A stretch of 64,000 nucleotides of DNA from an uncultured bacterium (GCA_964418485.1 CAYQMH010000001.1:29237-93236); one strand, 5' to 3'. Positions 20,305 through 30,374 are shown, numbered from the stretch's first letter. Notes: generated from the letters alone by a model not told the origin. Numbers and translations are program-made.

Positions 20305-21167
20305 TGGACACGAAAATCTTTGACATGGGTAAGATAGATATAGCATGGTGTCCCGGCTGCGGGAATTTCAGCATCCTTAAGATATTAAAAGATACGTTAT
20401 CGGACCTGGATATAAAACCTGAAGGACTGGTTATGGTTTCGGGGATAGGCCAGGCGGCAAAAATACCTCATTACTTAAAAGCGAATGCATTCAACGGTTT
20501 ACATGGCAGGGCTCTTCCTCCTGCAACCGCGATAAAGGCTGTAAACAGGAAGTTGGTTGTAATCGCGGAGAGCGGTGACGGCGATATGTACGGCGAAGGC
20601 GGCAATCATTTCCTGCACACAATAAGAAGGAACCCGGATATTACGAATATCGTTCACAACAATATGGTATACGGACTTACCAAAGGCCAGGCGTCTCCTA
20701 CAAGCATGCAGGGTTTTAAAACACCGGTTCAGCCGGGCGGAGTCATTCTTGAACCTTTTAATCCGCTGGCTGTCGCGATCGGTCTGGGTGCTTCTTTTGT
20801 ATCGCGCGCCTATTCGGATGATATCAAAGAGACTAAGGAGATAATAAAAAAAGCAATAAAGCATAAGGGATATGCGCTTGTCGATTTACTTCATCCCTGC
20901 GTAACGTTTAACAAGTTTAATAACAGAAAATGGTTTAAAGAACATACTTATTATTTGAAAGAAGAGCATGACCCAACCGACAGGAATAAAGCTTTCAAGA
21001 AGGCAACGGAAATTGATAAACTTGCCCTTGGTGTGTTTTATATAAATAAAGCCAATAAGCCTTTCGAAGAAAAGCTGGTTGCTTATAGAAAGAATAAGAA
21101 ACCTATGTTTGAAAGAGAAGTAGATTTTGAGAAATTGGAAAATTTGATAGAATCAAAAAAGGGTTAA
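20301..21167 (+). CDS. 2-oxoacid:ferredoxin oxidoreductase beta subunit (TPP-binding)
   Basis: CPGCG near the N-terminus and the SGDGD TPP motif are present. It overlaps the alpha gene by 4 nt. Confidence 0.85.
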   Translation: MMDTKIFDMGKIDIAWCPGCGNFSILKILKDTLSDLDIKPEGLVMVSGIGQAAKIPHYLKANAFNGLHGRALPPATAIKAVNRKLVVIAESGDGDMYGEGGNHFLHTIRRNPDITNIVHNNMVYGLTKGQASPTSMQGFKTPVQPGGVILEPFNPLAVAIGLGASFVSRAYSDDIKETKEIIKKAIKHKGYALVDLLHPCVTFNKFNNRKWFKEHTYYLKEEHDPTDRNKAFKKATEIDKLALGVFYINKANKPFEEKLVAYRKNKKPMFEREVDFEKLENLIESKKG

Positions 21168-21180
21168 ACATTAAGAATAT

Positions 21181-22242
21181 ATGAAAAAGTTAAAAATAGC
21201 TTTTTTCGATGCAAAGCCATACGATATAAATTTCTTTAACGAAGCGAACAAGAAATTCCGCTTTGATATTAAGTATTTTCAAAGTCATCTTTCCGAAAAC
21301 AATATTGTTGTTACTAAAGGCGCTGATGCCATCTGCATTTTTGTTAATGATAGGATTAATAGAAAAATCGCGGATGAATTGTACAATAACGGCATAACTC
21401 TTATAGCTCTTCGTTCCGCGGGTTACAATAATGTAAACTTAAAAGCTGTTTTCGGAAGAATTCATGTGGTCAGGGTTCCCGACTATTCTCCTAACGCGGT
21501 TGCCGAACATACGGTTGGTCTGATATTGTCTTTGAACAGAAAAATTCATAAAGCATATTACAGGACCCGGGACAGTAATTTCAATATAAACGGTCTTTTA
21601 GGTTTTGATATGGCCGGGAAAACGGCCGGAATTATAGGAACCGGCAAGATAGGAATTGTTGTTTGTAAGATTCTAAAAGGCTTCGATATGAAAGTAATCG
21701 CCTACGACAAGTTTCCTGATAAAAAGAATGAAAAGAAATACGGTTTTTCTTATGTGAGTTTGAATACGCTATATAAACAATCGGACATTATAACCCTGCA
21801 TTGCCCCCTCACACCAGAGACAATGCATATAATCGATAAAAAGAGTATTGAAAAAATGAAGGACGGAGTTATGATAATAAATACAGGCAGGGGAAAGCTT
21901 ATAAATACGGTAGATCTAATAGCAGCTTTAAAGAAGGAAAAAATAGGCAGCGCGGGGCTGGACGTTTATGAAGAAGAATCGGAATATTTCTTCGAAGATT
22001 ATTCAAGTACTATAATTGGTGATGATGTGTTAGCAAGACTGCTTACTTTTCCTAATGTGTTAATAACTTCTCATCAGGGATTTTTTACGAAAGAAGCGCT
22101 ACAGAATATAGCTAAAACTACTCTTACAAACATTAAGCTTTATTTCGAGGAGAATAAACTGCCAAATGAAATTTGTTATCGTTGCTCGGAATTCGGCTCT
22201 GGTAAACCCTGCAGGAAAGATAAAACCGGAAGTTGTTTTTAG
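21181..22242 (+). CDS. ldhA: D-lactate dehydrogenase (D-isomer-specific 2-hydroxyacid dehydrogenase) with Cys-rich C-terminal tail
   Basis: It is closely similar to E. coli LdhA along its length (VVRVPDYSPNAVAEHTVGL...GKTAGIIGTGKIG...TLHCPLTPET). An extra CYRCSEFGSGKPCRKDKTGSCF tail follows. Confidence 0.85.
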   Translation: MKKLKIAFFDAKPYDINFFNEANKKFRFDIKYFQSHLSENNIVVTKGADAICIFVNDRINRKIADELYNNGITLIALRSAGYNNVNLKAVFGRIHVVRVPDYSPNAVAEHTVGLILSLNRKIHKAYYRTRDSNFNINGLLGFDMAGKTAGIIGTGKIGIVVCKILKGFDMKVIAYDKFPDKKNEKKYGFSYVSLNTLYKQSDIITLHCPLTPETMHIIDKKSIEKMKDGVMIINTGRGKLINTVDLIAALKKEKIGSAGLDVYEEESEYFFEDYSSTIIGDDVLARLLTFPNVLITSHQGFFTKEALQNIAKTTLTNIKLYFEENKLPNEICYRCSEFGSGKPCRKDKTGSCF

Positions 22243-22292
22243 TTTTTGGGGACAGGGATGGGGTTCTAGCTTCTAGCTTCTGAATTCTTCTA

Positions 22293-23180
22293 TTATATTT
22301 CCACCCCCAAAGTCACTCTTATAATTATCCCTATTACAAAAGAAAGGGCGGCAACTCCGAGGCTTAAAAATGTCATCTCAAGAAAACGTTTTCTGAAAGG
22401 TAAATCCTTTGCAATTGAAACGTAGTAGTTGAAGAAGAATATAATGAATACTCCGATACCCAGAGTTGCCGTCAGGGCTAAGATATAATTGTTAAAAATA
22501 AAATATGGCAAAACCAGCAATAAAACAGTAACAATATAAGCTGTTCCAGTATAGAGTGAAGACTTGAGCGCTGTTTCAGTATTTCCTTCCGCTTTTGTAG
22601 AGAGGTATTCTGAAGCACCCATAGAAAGAGAAGCAGCAATTCCTGTTATGATTCCTACCGCCGCTATGAGACTTGTTTTTTGAAGGGCAAAAGAAAGGCC
22701 GGCAAGACTCCCGGTTAATTCAACAAGAGCATCATTTAAACCCAGAACAATTGAACCAACATAGTTGAGCTTTTCTTCGTCGAGTAAATCGATCAATTCT
22801 TTTTCGTGTTTTTCTTCATCTTCTGCGATTTGTTCCGCTTCCGGGATATATTCCGCGATTTCCATGTAATTAACCTGAGCCTGTTCTTCGCCTTTTTCCA
22901 TCAGTTTTACCGCAAAAGTGTACCCTAAGAATTTTGCGATTAAAGTAAATTTAAAAATTTTCCAGCGATTTGGCTTTAGATCTTTCTTCGTAATTGTTTG
23001 CCAGAATTTGGCATGCCTTAATTCTTCGTTTGCAATATCGAGCAAAACTTTTCTGTTCTTTTTGTCTTTTACTAATTTTGCAATATTGGAATATATATAG
23101 TATTCGGTAAGTTCACTCATTTGAGCAGTATAAATTTGTTTCATAATATGTTCAAGAGCTTCTAGTGACTTCCCCATCAA
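22293..23180 (-). CDS. Membrane-bound ferritin-like / VIT1-CCC1 family iron transporter (MbfA-like, erythrin-VIT fusion)
   Basis: An N-terminal ferritin-like four-helix region with E..H pairs (ANEELRHAKFW...EDEEKHEKEL) is followed by a C-terminal 5-TM VIT1 domain. Confidence 0.75.
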   Translation of the reverse strand: MMGKSLEALEHIMKQIYTAQMSELTEYYIYSNIAKLVKDKKNRKVLLDIANEELRHAKFWQTITKKDLKPNRWKIFKFTLIAKFLGYTFAVKLMEKGEEQAQVNYMEIAEYIPEAEQIAEDEEKHEKELIDLLDEEKLNYVGSIVLGLNDALVELTGSLAGLSFALQKTSLIAAVGIITGIAASLSMGASEYLSTKAEGNTETALKSSLYTGTAYIVTVLLLVLPYFIFNNYILALTATLGIGVFIIFFFNYYVSIAKDLPFRKRFLEMTFLSLGVAALSFVIGIIIRVTLGVEI

Positions 23181-23319
23181 ACCTCCTTATAGTAGCAGAA
23201 GATTGTTAAAGTTTAACCCCTGCATCAATAAAAACTTTTCTTCTTTTAAATTTTATGAATTTTTTGCCGTTTTGTCAACCGTTTTTTCTATAGACTGTTT
23301 TTAAATTCTTTGCAATATG

Positions 23320-23973
23320 TTATTTGAATACTTCACCCGTTTCTTTTGCCCAGAAAACGAGGTCCAGGGTATCCATCGGTATATTTAAATTTTTTGATAA
23401 CTTTTTCATTTTTTCTTCTATTTCTATATACTTTTTTTCTGATAAATTTTTTGGGTATTCTCCTAAGACCCCAAGTTCTATTAGATTTCTTATAATATGT
23501 CTATCAAGTATAGCTATATCTGCGCCAAGCCCAATATTTCGGAGGAAATGACTCGCTTCCTTCCATCCTATACCTTTCAGGTTTTTCACCAGATATTCTC
23601 TTAAGGTTATAGGAGATTTAGATTTTTTTATGATACTATATATTGAATCGCCACCCTTGAAAAATTTATTTCTGGCTTCGAGAAGATATTCTGTTTTTTT
23701 ATTTTTAAATCTGACCTTTTGCAGCTCTTTATTTATAGCTTTCTTTGTTCCGTTAAGAAGAATACTCTTTTTTCGCATCGATAGGATCGCCTCCCAGCAC
23801 AATCTTGCTTTCGATTGAGGAGTCAATATGCAGAAGGCTAATTCGGCAAACACCTCTTCGGGACTTGCGTTTTCGCCTATTTGCTTGAATTCGTCGAGCC
23901 GGCGTTCAATTTCTTTCTTGAATTTCGAATATACTTGTTTTATTTCGGGGATATTTTTTTTATTAATTTCCAA
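23320..23973 (-). CDS. ogg: 8-oxoguanine DNA glycosylase / N-glycosylase-DNA lyase (archaeal-type Ogg2, HhH-GPD)
   Basis: The 217-aa ORF has the HhH-GPD motif LKGIGWKEASHFLRNIGLGADIAILDRHI with catalytic Lys and Asp. Confidence 0.75.
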   Translation of the reverse strand: MEINKKNIPEIKQVYSKFKKEIERRLDEFKQIGENASPEEVFAELAFCILTPQSKARLCWEAILSMRKKSILLNGTKKAINKELQKVRFKNKKTEYLLEARNKFFKGGDSIYSIIKKSKSPITLREYLVKNLKGIGWKEASHFLRNIGLGADIAILDRHIIRNLIELGVLGEYPKNLSEKKYIEIEEKMKKLSKNLNIPMDTLDLVFWAKETGEVFK

Positions 23974-24039
23974 TTTTCCAAACTTACCATACTAAAGTGA
24001 TTGCCTATGTCAAGACGGCAACCCACCCCACACCAAATA

Positions 24040-24260
24040 TTAACCACAGAGGACACAGAGAAAAACAAACCCTCAGAGACCACAGAGAAAAACAACAAAT
24101 TATTTTTTTAATTAAAAACCCCAACCCCTCCAAAAAATAGAAACAACGAATTACACGAATAGCACGAATATCGAAAAGAAAAAAACTGATTTATTTGTGC
24201 AATTTGTTGTTAAAAAACGGGTGGTGCGGGTTCTTTATTTTTCCTATTCGACAATTTAAC
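24040..24260. repeat. Copy of dispersed composite intergenic repeat (CACAGAG heptads, C-rich complement of G tract, TTCGTG heptads)
   Basis: ccacagaggacacagagaaaaacaa...aaaccccaacccctcc...acgaattacacgaatagcacgaa is closely similar to 33228-33330. Its reverse complement is similar to 34490-34570. Confidence 0.65.
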
Positions 24261-24343
24261 CATTCAACTAATTTTCTGACGCCCTGATTCTTCTTGCTCC
24301 GCAAACCTGCTTTTCTTTTTCTCAATTAGAGAAAAACTACACC

Positions 24344-24371
24344 TTGACAAAAACAAGAAATCATATATAAT
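24344..24371 (+). promoter_or_regulatory. Sigma70-type promoter TTGACA-16-TATAAT for rubrerythrin-sor
   Basis: accTTGACAaaaacaagaaatcataTATAATga lies about 60 nt upstream of the rbr ATG. Confidence 0.5.
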
Positions 24372-24433
24372 GATTTGGAATAATTTTAAATTTGTAATGA
24401 TTACAAAAATAAAATGAAAGTTCAGGAGGTAAG

Positions 24434-24937
24434 ATGAAAGAGATGACGAAGAGAGCCTTAAGCGATGCGTTCGCCGGAGAATCTATGGCTCATATGAAAT
24501 ACATTATTTACAGCGATATTGCAAGAGAGGAAGGATATTCTAATGTGGCAAGGCTTTTTGAGGCTATCGCGTATGCCGAGAGAGTGCATGCCAGAAATCA
24601 TGCCAGGCTTTTAGGCTTATTGGGTAAGACGGTTGGCAATCTTCGGAAAAGCGTTGACGGAGAATCCTTTGAAATCGAGGAAATGTATCCTGTTTATAAA
24701 AACACTGCAAGTCTTCAAGGTGAGAAGGCGGCAGAGATTTCAAATAATTACGCTTTAGAAGCCGAAAAAATACATCAAACTATGTATGCAGAGTCAAAGA
24801 AAGATGTTGCAAAAGGTAAGGACATAAAATTAGCAGAAGTTTATGTTTGCCCCGTTTGCGGATATACGCACGAAGGAAATCCGCCGGATAAATGTCCGGT
24901 ATGTAACGCTTCTTCTAAAACATTTAAAAAATTTTAA
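24434..24937 (+). CDS. rbr: Rubrerythrin (ferritin-like di-iron domain + C-terminal rubredoxin domain)
   Basis: E..H di-iron ligands and a C-terminal CPVCGY...CPVC are present. Confidence 0.9.
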   Translation: MKEMTKRALSDAFAGESMAHMKYIIYSDIAREEGYSNVARLFEAIAYAERVHARNHARLLGLLGKTVGNLRKSVDGESFEIEEMYPVYKNTASLQGEKAAEISNNYALEAEKIHQTMYAESKKDVAKGKDIKLAEVYVCPVCGYTHEGNPPDKCPVCNASSKTFKKF

Positions 24938-24957
24938 CGAAAGGGAGGTATTGAATT

Positions 24958-25338
24958 ATGGGTTTTGCAGAACTTTTAAAAACGGCTGATTGGAAATCTG
25001 AAAAACATGTACCTGCAATAGAAGTATTGGAAAAAGATGAAAAGGTCAAGTTAAGAGTTTCCGTTGGTAAAGAAATTCCTCATCCAAACAAAACCGAACA
25101 TCATATAAGGTGGATCGAAGTTTACTTTAAGCCCGAAGGCAGTAAGTTTCCTTATATGATCGGAAAGGCTGATTTTGAAGCACACGGAGCTTCCACGGAA
25201 GGTCCCGATACAAGTACGGTTTATACTGAACCGGATGTTAATCTAACGTTTAAAACCGGAAAATCTGGCACTATCTATGCTTTCTCTTACTGTAACATCC
25301 ACGGCCTGTGGGTTAACGAAGAGGAGTTGGATATATAG
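24958..25338 (+). CDS. sor: Superoxide reductase (neelaredoxin/desulfoferrodoxin-type 1Fe-SOR)
   Basis: The 126-aa ORF has the SEKHVP motif and His/Cys ligands (HHIRW...YCNIHG). Confidence 0.85.
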   Translation: MGFAELLKTADWKSEKHVPAIEVLEKDEKVKLRVSVGKEIPHPNKTEHHIRWIEVYFKPEGSKFPYMIGKADFEAHGASTEGPDTSTVYTEPDVNLTFKTGKSGTIYAFSYCNIHGLWVNEEELDI

Positions 25339-25514
25339 ATATTAGTGAAGTAATAAATTAAATATTAAAAATTAAAAAGCAAAATTACAGATGAAAATGC
25401 AAAATTTTTTATATTGTTCAAATACATGTAGTTTTTTTATTTTTGAACTTTAATCTGTATTTTTGCATTTTGATTTTTGAATTTAGCGGCTTCGCCGCGC
25501 ATGGAATTTTCTAC

Positions 25515-25543
25515 TTGAAATCTACTTGGATTTCGCTATAATA
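25515..25543 (+). promoter_or_regulatory. Sigma70-type promoter TTGAAA-17-TATAAT for the GH3 gene
   Basis: acTTGAAAtctacttggatttcgcTATAATag lies about 90 nt upstream of the ATG at 25634. Confidence 0.45.
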
Positions 25544-25633
25544 GATTAATAGATATGAAAATAAATTATGAATCTTTATTCCGGATTTTTAGATTTCAAT
25601 TGTCTTGTGTATTCGCAGACGGGGGTTTTAAAA

Positions 25634-27949
25634 ATGAAAAATTCGAGAATTTTCAACGGGTTTTTTCTTTTGTTGGTTTTATGGTTGCCTGTAATATTGC
25701 AGGCAGAATTAAAAAAGGATTTAAGTTTACTTAGGCCTCCGATGGATGAGTTTATAGATTCTTTAATGGTGAAAATGACGCTTGAAGAAAAGTTGGGTCA
25801 GCTGGCTCAATATACAGGTGGCTTGCATAATGCGCTCAACTCCATGGTGGATGACAAGCTTAAAGATATGATAAGGAGGGGTAAGGTTAGTTCTTTATTG
25901 CATGTATTGGGTGCCGATTTTCTTGGTGGCTTGCAGAAAATAGCTGTCGAAGAATCGCGTCTTGGAATACCCTTAATATTTGGTCTCGATGTTGTTCACG
26001 GATTTAAAACAATTTTCCCCGTTCCTCTTGCGTCTGCCTGCAGTTTTGAACCGGAAGCTGTACAGCGAACAGCAAGAATTGCGGCAGTTGAAGCTGCGGC
26101 TTCGGGTGTACACTGGACTTTTGCTCCTATGGTCGATATTACTCTCGACCCAAGATGGGGAAGGATAGTGGAAGGAGTGGGGGAGGACCCTTATCTGGGT
26201 ACTGTTATGGCAAAGGCGCAGGTCGAGGGTTACCAGGGAGATGATTTGAGTTTTGCAAATACAATTCTTGCATGTCCGAAACATTATGTCGCCTATGGTG
26301 CGGCTTGTGGCGGAAGGGATTATGATAGTACAGAAGTTTCGCTGCGAACACTTAATGATGTGTATTTGCCGCCTTTTCTTGCAGCAATTAAGGCTGGAGC
26401 CGGGTCGATTATGAATGGATATAACGATATTAACGGAGAACCCATGTCTGCGAACAAAGAGCTTTTAACTGATGTGCTTAGAAAAAAATGGGGTTTTGGT
26501 GGTTTTGTTGTTAGTGATTGGGATTCAATCGGAGAATTGATAAATCATGGTGTTGCGAAGGATAGATTGGAGGCAGGTAAGAAGGCGTTATCTGCTGGGA
26601 TAGATATGGATATGAAGAGTGGAATATTTGGCGAAGATATGTTGGAGGCCGTAAAGAAAGGGGAGATACCGGAAGAATTAGTGGATAAAGCGGTCAGAAG
26701 AATTCTTGAGGCTAAATACAAATTGGGACTTTTCGATGACCCGTTTAAGTATTGTGATCCGGAGGTCGAAAAAGCTGAGATTTTAAAAGAAGAGCATATT
26801 AAGGCAGCAAGAGATATGGCATGCAAATCCATTGTATTATTAAAAAATGAAGATAATGTTCTTCCTTTGAAAAAGGATTTGAAAAAGATTGCTGTTATCG
26901 GGCCTCTTGCGGACGATTCGAGAGCGCCTCTTGGTTTGTGGAAAGCTGTTGGTGAAGAAAAGGATGTTGTGACCGTATTAGAAGGTATAAAAAATATAGT
27001 TTCTGAAGGGACAGAAATTCTTTATGCTAAAGGCTGTGAAGTAAATGGAGATGATGAAAGCTTATTTACGGAAGCTGTTTCTTTGGCTGTAAGGTCAGAT
27101 ATTGTTGTGCTGGTTCTGGGAGAATCCGCTAATATGAGCGGAGAAGCTAGAAGCCGCTCGGAAATCGATCTTCCAGGTGTTCAGAAGAAACTTGCTAAGG
27201 AAATTGTAAATACGGGAACTAAAGTGGTAGCTGTGCTTTTGAATGGAAGACCGCTTGCGACTTCCTTTTTGAGTGAAAATATTCCGGCGATTCTGGAAAC
27301 CTGGTTTTTAGGTATTCAGTCTGGTAACGCTATCGCCGATGTTTTGTTCGGCGATTATAATCCCGGAGGTAAACTTGCCGTAACTATACCGCGGAGCGTG
27401 GGTCGGATTCCCTCTTTTTATTATCACAGAAATACCGGTAAGCCGGCTTCTGAGGAAAATCTATTTACTTCCCGGTATATTGATTTACCTCTTACTCCTT
27501 TGTATCCATTCGGACATGGCTTAAGTTATACGGATTTCAAATACTCGAAATTAAAAATAAAAAATAAAAAAGTAGAAGCAGGTGACTCATTAGAGTTGAG
27601 TTTCTCTCTTAAGAACACGGGAAAAGTTTTTGGAAGCGAAGTTATTCAGTTGTATATCAAGGATGTGGTCGCAAGTGTAGCTCCGCCGGTTAAAAAATTG
27701 GTAGGCTTTAAGAGGATATATCTGGAAGGTGGGGAGGAAGTAAAAGTTAGTATGAAAATGCCCGTGAATCTTCTTGCTTTTTATAATAAAGATATGAAAA
27801 AAGTCGTGGAGCTGGGAGAGATTAAGTTAATGATTGGCAGTTCTTCCGAGGATATACGGCTCGACGGATCTTTCACGATTGCAGGGGAAGAAACCGAAGT
27901 AAGCGAGACAGAAGTTTACTATACTGAAGTCGAAGTAAACATGGATTAG
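25634..27949 (+). CDS. GH3 beta-glucosidase (BglX-like, secreted)
   Basis: A signal peptide (MKNSRIFNGFFLLLVLWLPVILQA) is followed by GH3 N- and C-terminal domains (...VSDWDSIGEL...). RBS ggggg precedes the ATG at 25634. Confidence 0.85.
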   Translation: MKNSRIFNGFFLLLVLWLPVILQAELKKDLSLLRPPMDEFIDSLMVKMTLEEKLGQLAQYTGGLHNALNSMVDDKLKDMIRRGKVSSLLHVLGADFLGGLQKIAVEESRLGIPLIFGLDVVHGFKTIFPVPLASACSFEPEAVQRTARIAAVEAAASGVHWTFAPMVDITLDPRWGRIVEGVGEDPYLGTVMAKAQVEGYQGDDLSFANTILACPKHYVAYGAACGGRDYDSTEVSLRTLNDVYLPPFLAAIKAGAGSIMNGYNDINGEPMSANKELLTDVLRKKWGFGGFVVSDWDSIGELINHGVAKDRLEAGKKALSAGIDMDMKSGIFGEDMLEAVKKGEIPEELVDKAVRRILEAKYKLGLFDDPFKYCDPEVEKAEILKEEHIKAARDMACKSIVLLKNEDNVLPLKKDLKKIAVIGPLADDSRAPLGLWKAVGEEKDVVTVLEGIKNIVSEGTEILYAKGCEVNGDDESLFTEAVSLAVRSDIVVLVLGESANMSGEARSRSEIDLPGVQKKLAKEIVNTGTKVVAVLLNGRPLATSFLSENIPAILETWFLGIQSGNAIADVLFGDYNPGGKLAVTIPRSVGRIPSFYYHRNTGKPASEENLFTSRYIDLPLTPLYPFGHGLSYTDFKYSKLKIKNKKVEAGDSLELSFSLKNTGKVFGSEVIQLYIKDVVASVAPPVKKLVGFKRIYLEGGEEVKVSMKMPVNLLAFYNKDMKKVVELGEIKLMIGSSSEDIRLDGSFTIAGEETEVSETEVYYTEVEVNMD

Positions 27950-28017
27950 CAGGTAGCTGGTTTCAGTTTTTGTTTTTTAAGTTTCGAGTTAATAACCTTT
28001 CCAGCTTTAGGCGTTTG

Positions 28018-28440
28018 GGATAACACTTTCGAAAAACCACAGTCAGTTTCCCCTGCGGTTTATTTCACAAGGAGTGCTGTTCGAGAAAGACGTGGTCAAT
28101 TTCCCCTGCGGTTTTATTCGCAAGGAGTACTGTTCGAGAAAACCAGAGTCAATTCTCCCAGCGAGAGAATTGCTCTTTACCTCTCGCTCTCACTCTTTTC
28201 GATTTTTGTAAAATCGAAAAACCGTGCCCGTTCGAGCTCCGAGATATTTTCCTGAACAGTACCCCTTACTCATTGGGCTGTTTTTGTCAAAAGTCCATGC
28301 CCGCTCGGTCTGCGAGACATTTTTTATGAAAGGCATCCCTGAACTTTTAATATTTTAAGAAAATAAAAAGGATAGTGTGCCCGCTCGGTCTGCGAGATAT
28401 TTTTCTTGAGCGGTATCCCTCACTCTTGGGTTTTAAACAA
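28018..28440. repeat. Tandem array: 3 copies of ~53-bp unit A then 3 copies of ~70-bp unit B
   Basis: Unit A is ctgttcgagaaa(g/a)ac..gtcaattt(c)ccc(tgcgg) x3 at about 28018-28180. Unit B is (c)gtgcccg(c/t)tcg...cgaga(t/c)attt...tccct x3 at about 28223-28440. Units are 70-85% identical, not CRISPR-like. Confidence 0.7.
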
Positions 28441-28530
28441 CAAAAAAATCTCTGTGCTCTCTGTGTGTTTGTTTTTTCTCTGTGTGCTCTGTGGTTTAAA
28501 AAATCGAGGTTGGGGTTGCCCTCTTGACAA
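28440..28530. repeat. Copy of composite repeat (CTCTGTG heptads + GGTTGGGGTTGCCCTCTTGACA end)
   Basis: aaatctctgtgctctctgtgtg...ctctgtgtgctctgtgg...gaggttggggttgccctcTTGACAaag, with the -35-like box at the 3' end. Confidence 0.6.
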
Positions 28531-28586
28531 AGTTGGTTTTAGTGTTACCTTTTATTAAAAAGTAACACTTGTTAAAGGGGGTATTA

Positions 28587-30374
28587 ATGGTTTTGTTTTT
28601 GGTGTATATTTTGGCGATTGTTGATTCTTCGGAATCTGTTATGGATACTTCGTATACTAAAATGTATTTTTCAGAAGGTGTAGTAGTTACCGCGAGCAGA
28701 TACGAGGATGAGGTTTCCGATATCTCAACGTCTGTTTCCGTAATTACCGAAAAGGATATAAAATTTGTAAATTCTTATATAGCTCCCGATTTGCTTTCTG
28801 ATGTTCCCGGTGTGGAAGTTATGAAAACGGGCAATTTTGGAAGAGCTGATGTAGTAATAAGAGGGATCGGAAATAATGGGAGGAAGCTTGGTTTCCTTGT
28901 CGACGGAAGACCGGAAAAGATGGCTATATATGGTTGTGCGGTAACCCATACGTTTCCTCTTCATAATGTAAAAAAAATAGAGGTTGTTAAGGGTCCCCTT
29001 TCTTCTTTGTACGGTTCCGGGGCTATGGGGGGTGTTGTCAATATTTTAACCAGGCAGCCCAGCGGTGGTGATAAGCTGAATTTCGAGTGTGATTACGGAA
29101 GTTACAATACTTACAATTTAACTGGTTCTTTCGAGGAATCTTTCTCTAAAATAGATTTTTTGGGTACAGTGCAAAAGAATTCATCCGATGGCTACCAGGA
29201 GAATTCGGCTTCGAGTACTGATGCTTATCAGGGTAATTTAGTATACAATATTAATGGAGATTGGAGAATTGAAAATTATGCCAAGTACGTGGAGGCATAT
29301 AAGCAGGATCCGGCAACCGTAGGAGATACCTCTACTCCTGAAGGCTATCAGAACTACGAAAGAGGAGCTTTTGATGTTTCTGTGTATGGGTATATGGATA
29401 AAATCGATTTTCAAACAAAAATCTACAGGACTTATGGTTATCATGAATTTTCTGACGGATGGGAGTCGAGGGATAGAACCGACGGTTTGAGTCCTTCGGT
29501 TAGATTATCTTTTTTAAAAGGAAATGAGACTCAAGGCGGCTTTGAATTTTATAAACAATACGGGAACTGGATTTCTACTGATAGAAAGTGGGATAGGGCA
29601 GTATATGAAGGATTTATTCATACGCAGCAGAAAACCTCGTTTGTTAATCTTTCGGGAGGGGTAAGATATACTTATGTAAGCGATTCGGAAGGGGTTTTTT
29701 CATACGATGGTGGAATTGTTATTAAATATAATAACACAAGGATTCGGGGTAGAATAGGCAAAGGCTTTAGACTCCCTTCTTTTAATGATCTCTATCTTTT
29801 TTCTTCCTCGAATCCTTCTCTCGTGGCGGAAGAACTGTGGGATTACGAAATCGGTTTAAGGCAAAAATTGTCTGATATCATGGACCTCGATTTTGCTCTA
29901 TACCGTATGAATACAAACAATTTCATCAGATTCTCTCCTACAAGTGGTCAATTTGAAAATATAGATACATTGATTGAGAAAGGGCTGGAAACTTCTATCG
30001 GTATATATCCCGTTGATTGGTTGAAGCTTAAAGTATTTTATTCTTATATCGACAGGGAGGATAGAACGCAAGGCGTTCCCGGTCAGAAGTTCAGCGGAAG
30101 TATTACTTTCGAGAGGGATATTTTAGAAGCAAGGTTGAGCGGAAGATATTTGACCGATTATTACGCTGCTGACAATCATTTAGAAGAAATCCCTTCCTAT
30201 TATGTTTTTGATTTCCGTTTAAATGTTAAACCTAAGGATTATGTGTCTTTGTCTTTAGGTATCGACAATATACTTGATGAGTACTATGAGCGGTATGTTG
30301 AAGTGCCTAATGCCACAGGTTTGTATAGCATGCCCGGTAGGACTTTTAAGATGGGAATTGCTCTGGAAAAATGA
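28587..30374 (+). CDS. TonB-dependent outer-membrane receptor (BtuB/CirA-like)
   Basis: A plug domain (VVTASRYEDEVSDISTSVSVITEKDI...VPGVEV...VVIRGIG) is followed by a ~500-aa beta-barrel region. RBS aagggggt precedes the ATG at 28587. Confidence 0.75.
   Translation: MVLFLVYILAIVDSSESVMDTSYTKMYFSEGVVVTASRYEDEVSDISTSVSVITEKDIKFVNSYIAPDLLSDVPGVEVMKTGNFGRADVVIRGIGNNGRKLGFLVDGRPEKMAIYGCAVTHTFPLHNVKKIEVVKGPLSSLYGSGAMGGVVNILTRQPSGGDKLNFECDYGSYNTYNLTGSFEESFSKIDFLGTVQKNSSDGYQENSASSTDAYQGNLVYNINGDWRIENYAKYVEAYKQDPATVGDTSTPEGYQNYERGAFDVSVYGYMDKIDFQTKIYRTYGYHEFSDGWESRDRTDGLSPSVRLSFLKGNETQGGFEFYKQYGNWISTDRKWDRAVYEGFIHTQQKTSFVNLSGGVRYTYVSDSEGVFSYDGGIVIKYNNTRIRGRIGKGFRLPSFNDLYLFSSSNPSLVAEELWDYEIGLRQKLSDIMDLDFALYRMNTNNFIRFSPTSGQFENIDTLIEKGLETSIGIYPVDWLKLKVFYSYIDREDRTQGVPGQKFSGSITFERDILEARLSGRYLTDYYAADNHLEEIPSYYVFDFRLNVKPKDYVSLSLGIDNILDEYYERYVEVPNATGLYSMPGRTFKMGIALEK

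Noticed and set aside
25376-25475. AT-rich inverted/direct repeat block after sor (gcaaaattacagat...atctgtatttttgc, aaaatgcaaaa/ttttgcatttt)
   Set aside because: The repeat order is not nested, so it does not fold into a single clean hairpin. A short gcggcttcgccgc stem follows. It is treated as a weak terminator or AT-rich spacer rather than a distinct element.
28018-28440. Possible CRISPR array (tandem repeats with intervening sequence); same consideration for 50262-50586
   Set aside because: Units are only 70-90% identical, of two different lengths and types, and lack uniform-length unique spacers. No cas genes are present anywhere in the window.
27950-28586. Cobalamin or other riboswitch upstream of the TonB-dependent receptor gene
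   Set aside because: No B12-box (GCCACTG-like) or other recognisable riboswitch core was seen. The region is instead filled by the A/B tandem repeats and a composite-repeat copy.
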